Positions 6,682 through 7,413 of a DNA stretch of 7,413 bases are shown piece after piece. Position numbers and translations under genes: made by a program. This DNA is from a virus (Duplodnaviria > Heunggongvirae > Uroviricota > Caudoviricetes). The stretch is from IMG/VR virus record IMGVR_UViG_2654587569_000001, one strand, 5' to 3'. Within the stretch, counting starts at the first letter, position 1. Every line of letters starts with the position of its first letter. A model generated the notes under the pieces. That model was not told where the DNA came from, did not search any database, and saw nothing but the letters and a program-made list of their open reading frames with translations.

Positions 6682-7413
6682 ATGGCAGTAAAGATTTCAG
6701 GTGTACTGAAAGACGGCACAGGAAAACCGGTAGAGAACTGCACCATTCAACTGAAAGCCAGACGGACCAGCAGCACGGTGGTGGTGAACACGGTGGCCTC
6801 TGAAAATCCGGATGAAGCCGGTCGTTACAGCATGGACGTTGAGTACGGGCAGTACAGCGTCATTCTGTTGGTGGAAGGATTCCCGCCATCACATGCCGGG
6901 ACCATCACCGTGTATGAAGATTCTCAACCCGGTACGCTGAATGATTTTCTCGGTGCCATGTCGGAGGATGACGTCCGGCCGGAGGCACTGCGCCGTTTTG
7001 AACAAATGGTGGAAGAGGCAGCGCGTCACGCCGAGGAGGCGAAGAAGAATGCCGGAGAGGCAGAGACGTCAGCGAGGAATGCCGGCATATCAGCCAGTCA
7101 GGCAGAAAAGAGCGCTGCAAATGCTGACACTTCAGCAGGAGAGGCATCGGAGTCAGCCCGGCAGGCGGCAGAAAGTGCAGCCTCAGCAAAGCAGTCAGAG
7201 GAGGCGTCCTCGTCCTCGGCCTCTGAGGCCGCTCAAAAAGCCAGTGAGTCATCACAAAGTGCAGCAGAAGCTGAATTGTCAAGAAAGACGGCAGAAAGTG
7301 CAGCCGGTAATGCAGCCAGGGATGCAACGACCGCAGCAGAAAAAGCCCGGGAGTCAGCAGAAAGCGCACAGTCAGCGGAACAAAGCAGGATAGCGGCGGA
7401 AGACGCCGTAAAC
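6682..7413 (+). CDS. stf: Side tail fibre protein Stf, N-terminal 244 codons (3' part outside window)
   Basis: ATG at 6682; frame 1 is open through the window end (732 nt, exactly 244 codons, no stop). The N-terminus MAVKISGVLKDGTGKPVENCTIQLKARRTSSTVVVNTVASENPDEAGRYSMDVEYGQYSVILLVEGFPPSHAGTITVYEDSQPGTLNDFL matches the start of lambda Stf (orf-401) as I recall it, and is followed by an Ala/Ser/Glu-rich repetitive shaft region. It is absent from the ORF track only because it has no stop codon within the window. Confidence 0.85.
   Translation, partial: MAVKISGVLKDGTGKPVENCTIQLKARRTSSTVVVNTVASENPDEAGRYSMDVEYGQYSVILLVEGFPPSHAGTITVYEDSQPGTLNDFLGAMSEDDVRPEALRRFEQMVEEAARHAEEAKKNAGEAETSARNAGISASQAEKSAANADTSAGEASESARQAAESAASAKQSEEASSSSASEAAQKASESSQSAAEAELSRKTAESAAGNAARDATTAAEKARESAESAQSAEQSRIAAEDAVN

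Noticed and set aside
6905-7393. ORFs 6941..7393 (+, 150 aa) and 6905..7369 (-, 154 aa) in the track
   Set aside because: Both are alternative frames of the repetitive Ala/Ser/Glu-rich stf shaft region and translate to Arg/Gln/Pro-rich or Leu/Pro-rich nonsense. The true frame is the one opening at ATG 6682, which matches the Stf N-terminus and runs off the window.
1-7413. Scan for CRISPR arrays, tRNA or other structured RNA genes, insertion-sequence terminal inverted repeats, and defence-system-like gene architectures
   Set aside because: No direct-repeat/spacer periodicity, no cloverleaf-like segments and no transposase-like ORFs were seen. The whole window is accounted for by the tail module on the + strand with gaps of 67 nt or less.

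Overview
This window is a lambda-like (lambdoid) phage or prophage tail-tip and tail-fibre morphogenesis module, all on the + strand and tightly packed. In order: the 3' end of the tape measure gene H (1..75), M (75..404), L (414..1112), K (1118..1862, reading frame broken), I (1760..2407), J host-specificity/central tail fibre (2468..5950), the moron outer-membrane protein gene lom (6018..6617), a strong intrinsic terminator (6644..6670), and the 5' part of the side tail fibre gene stf running off the window end (6682..7413). Gene order, product lengths and several protein motifs match the phage lambda H-M-L-K-I-J-lom-stf block as I recall it; no database search was possible, so all homology statements are from memory and should be verified by alignment. 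I see no evidence of a novel defence or other undescribed system. The points worth a second look are: (1) a frame break inside K that splits its JAB/MPN domain, (2) a J C-terminus that is longer than lambda's and has a compositionally distinct, AT-rich 3' end, consistent with a swapped receptor-binding module, (3) the lom moron with its own signal peptide, RBS and terminator, and (4) a hairpin between I and J. Long minus-strand ORFs in the track are antisense artefacts of GC-rich coding sequence.
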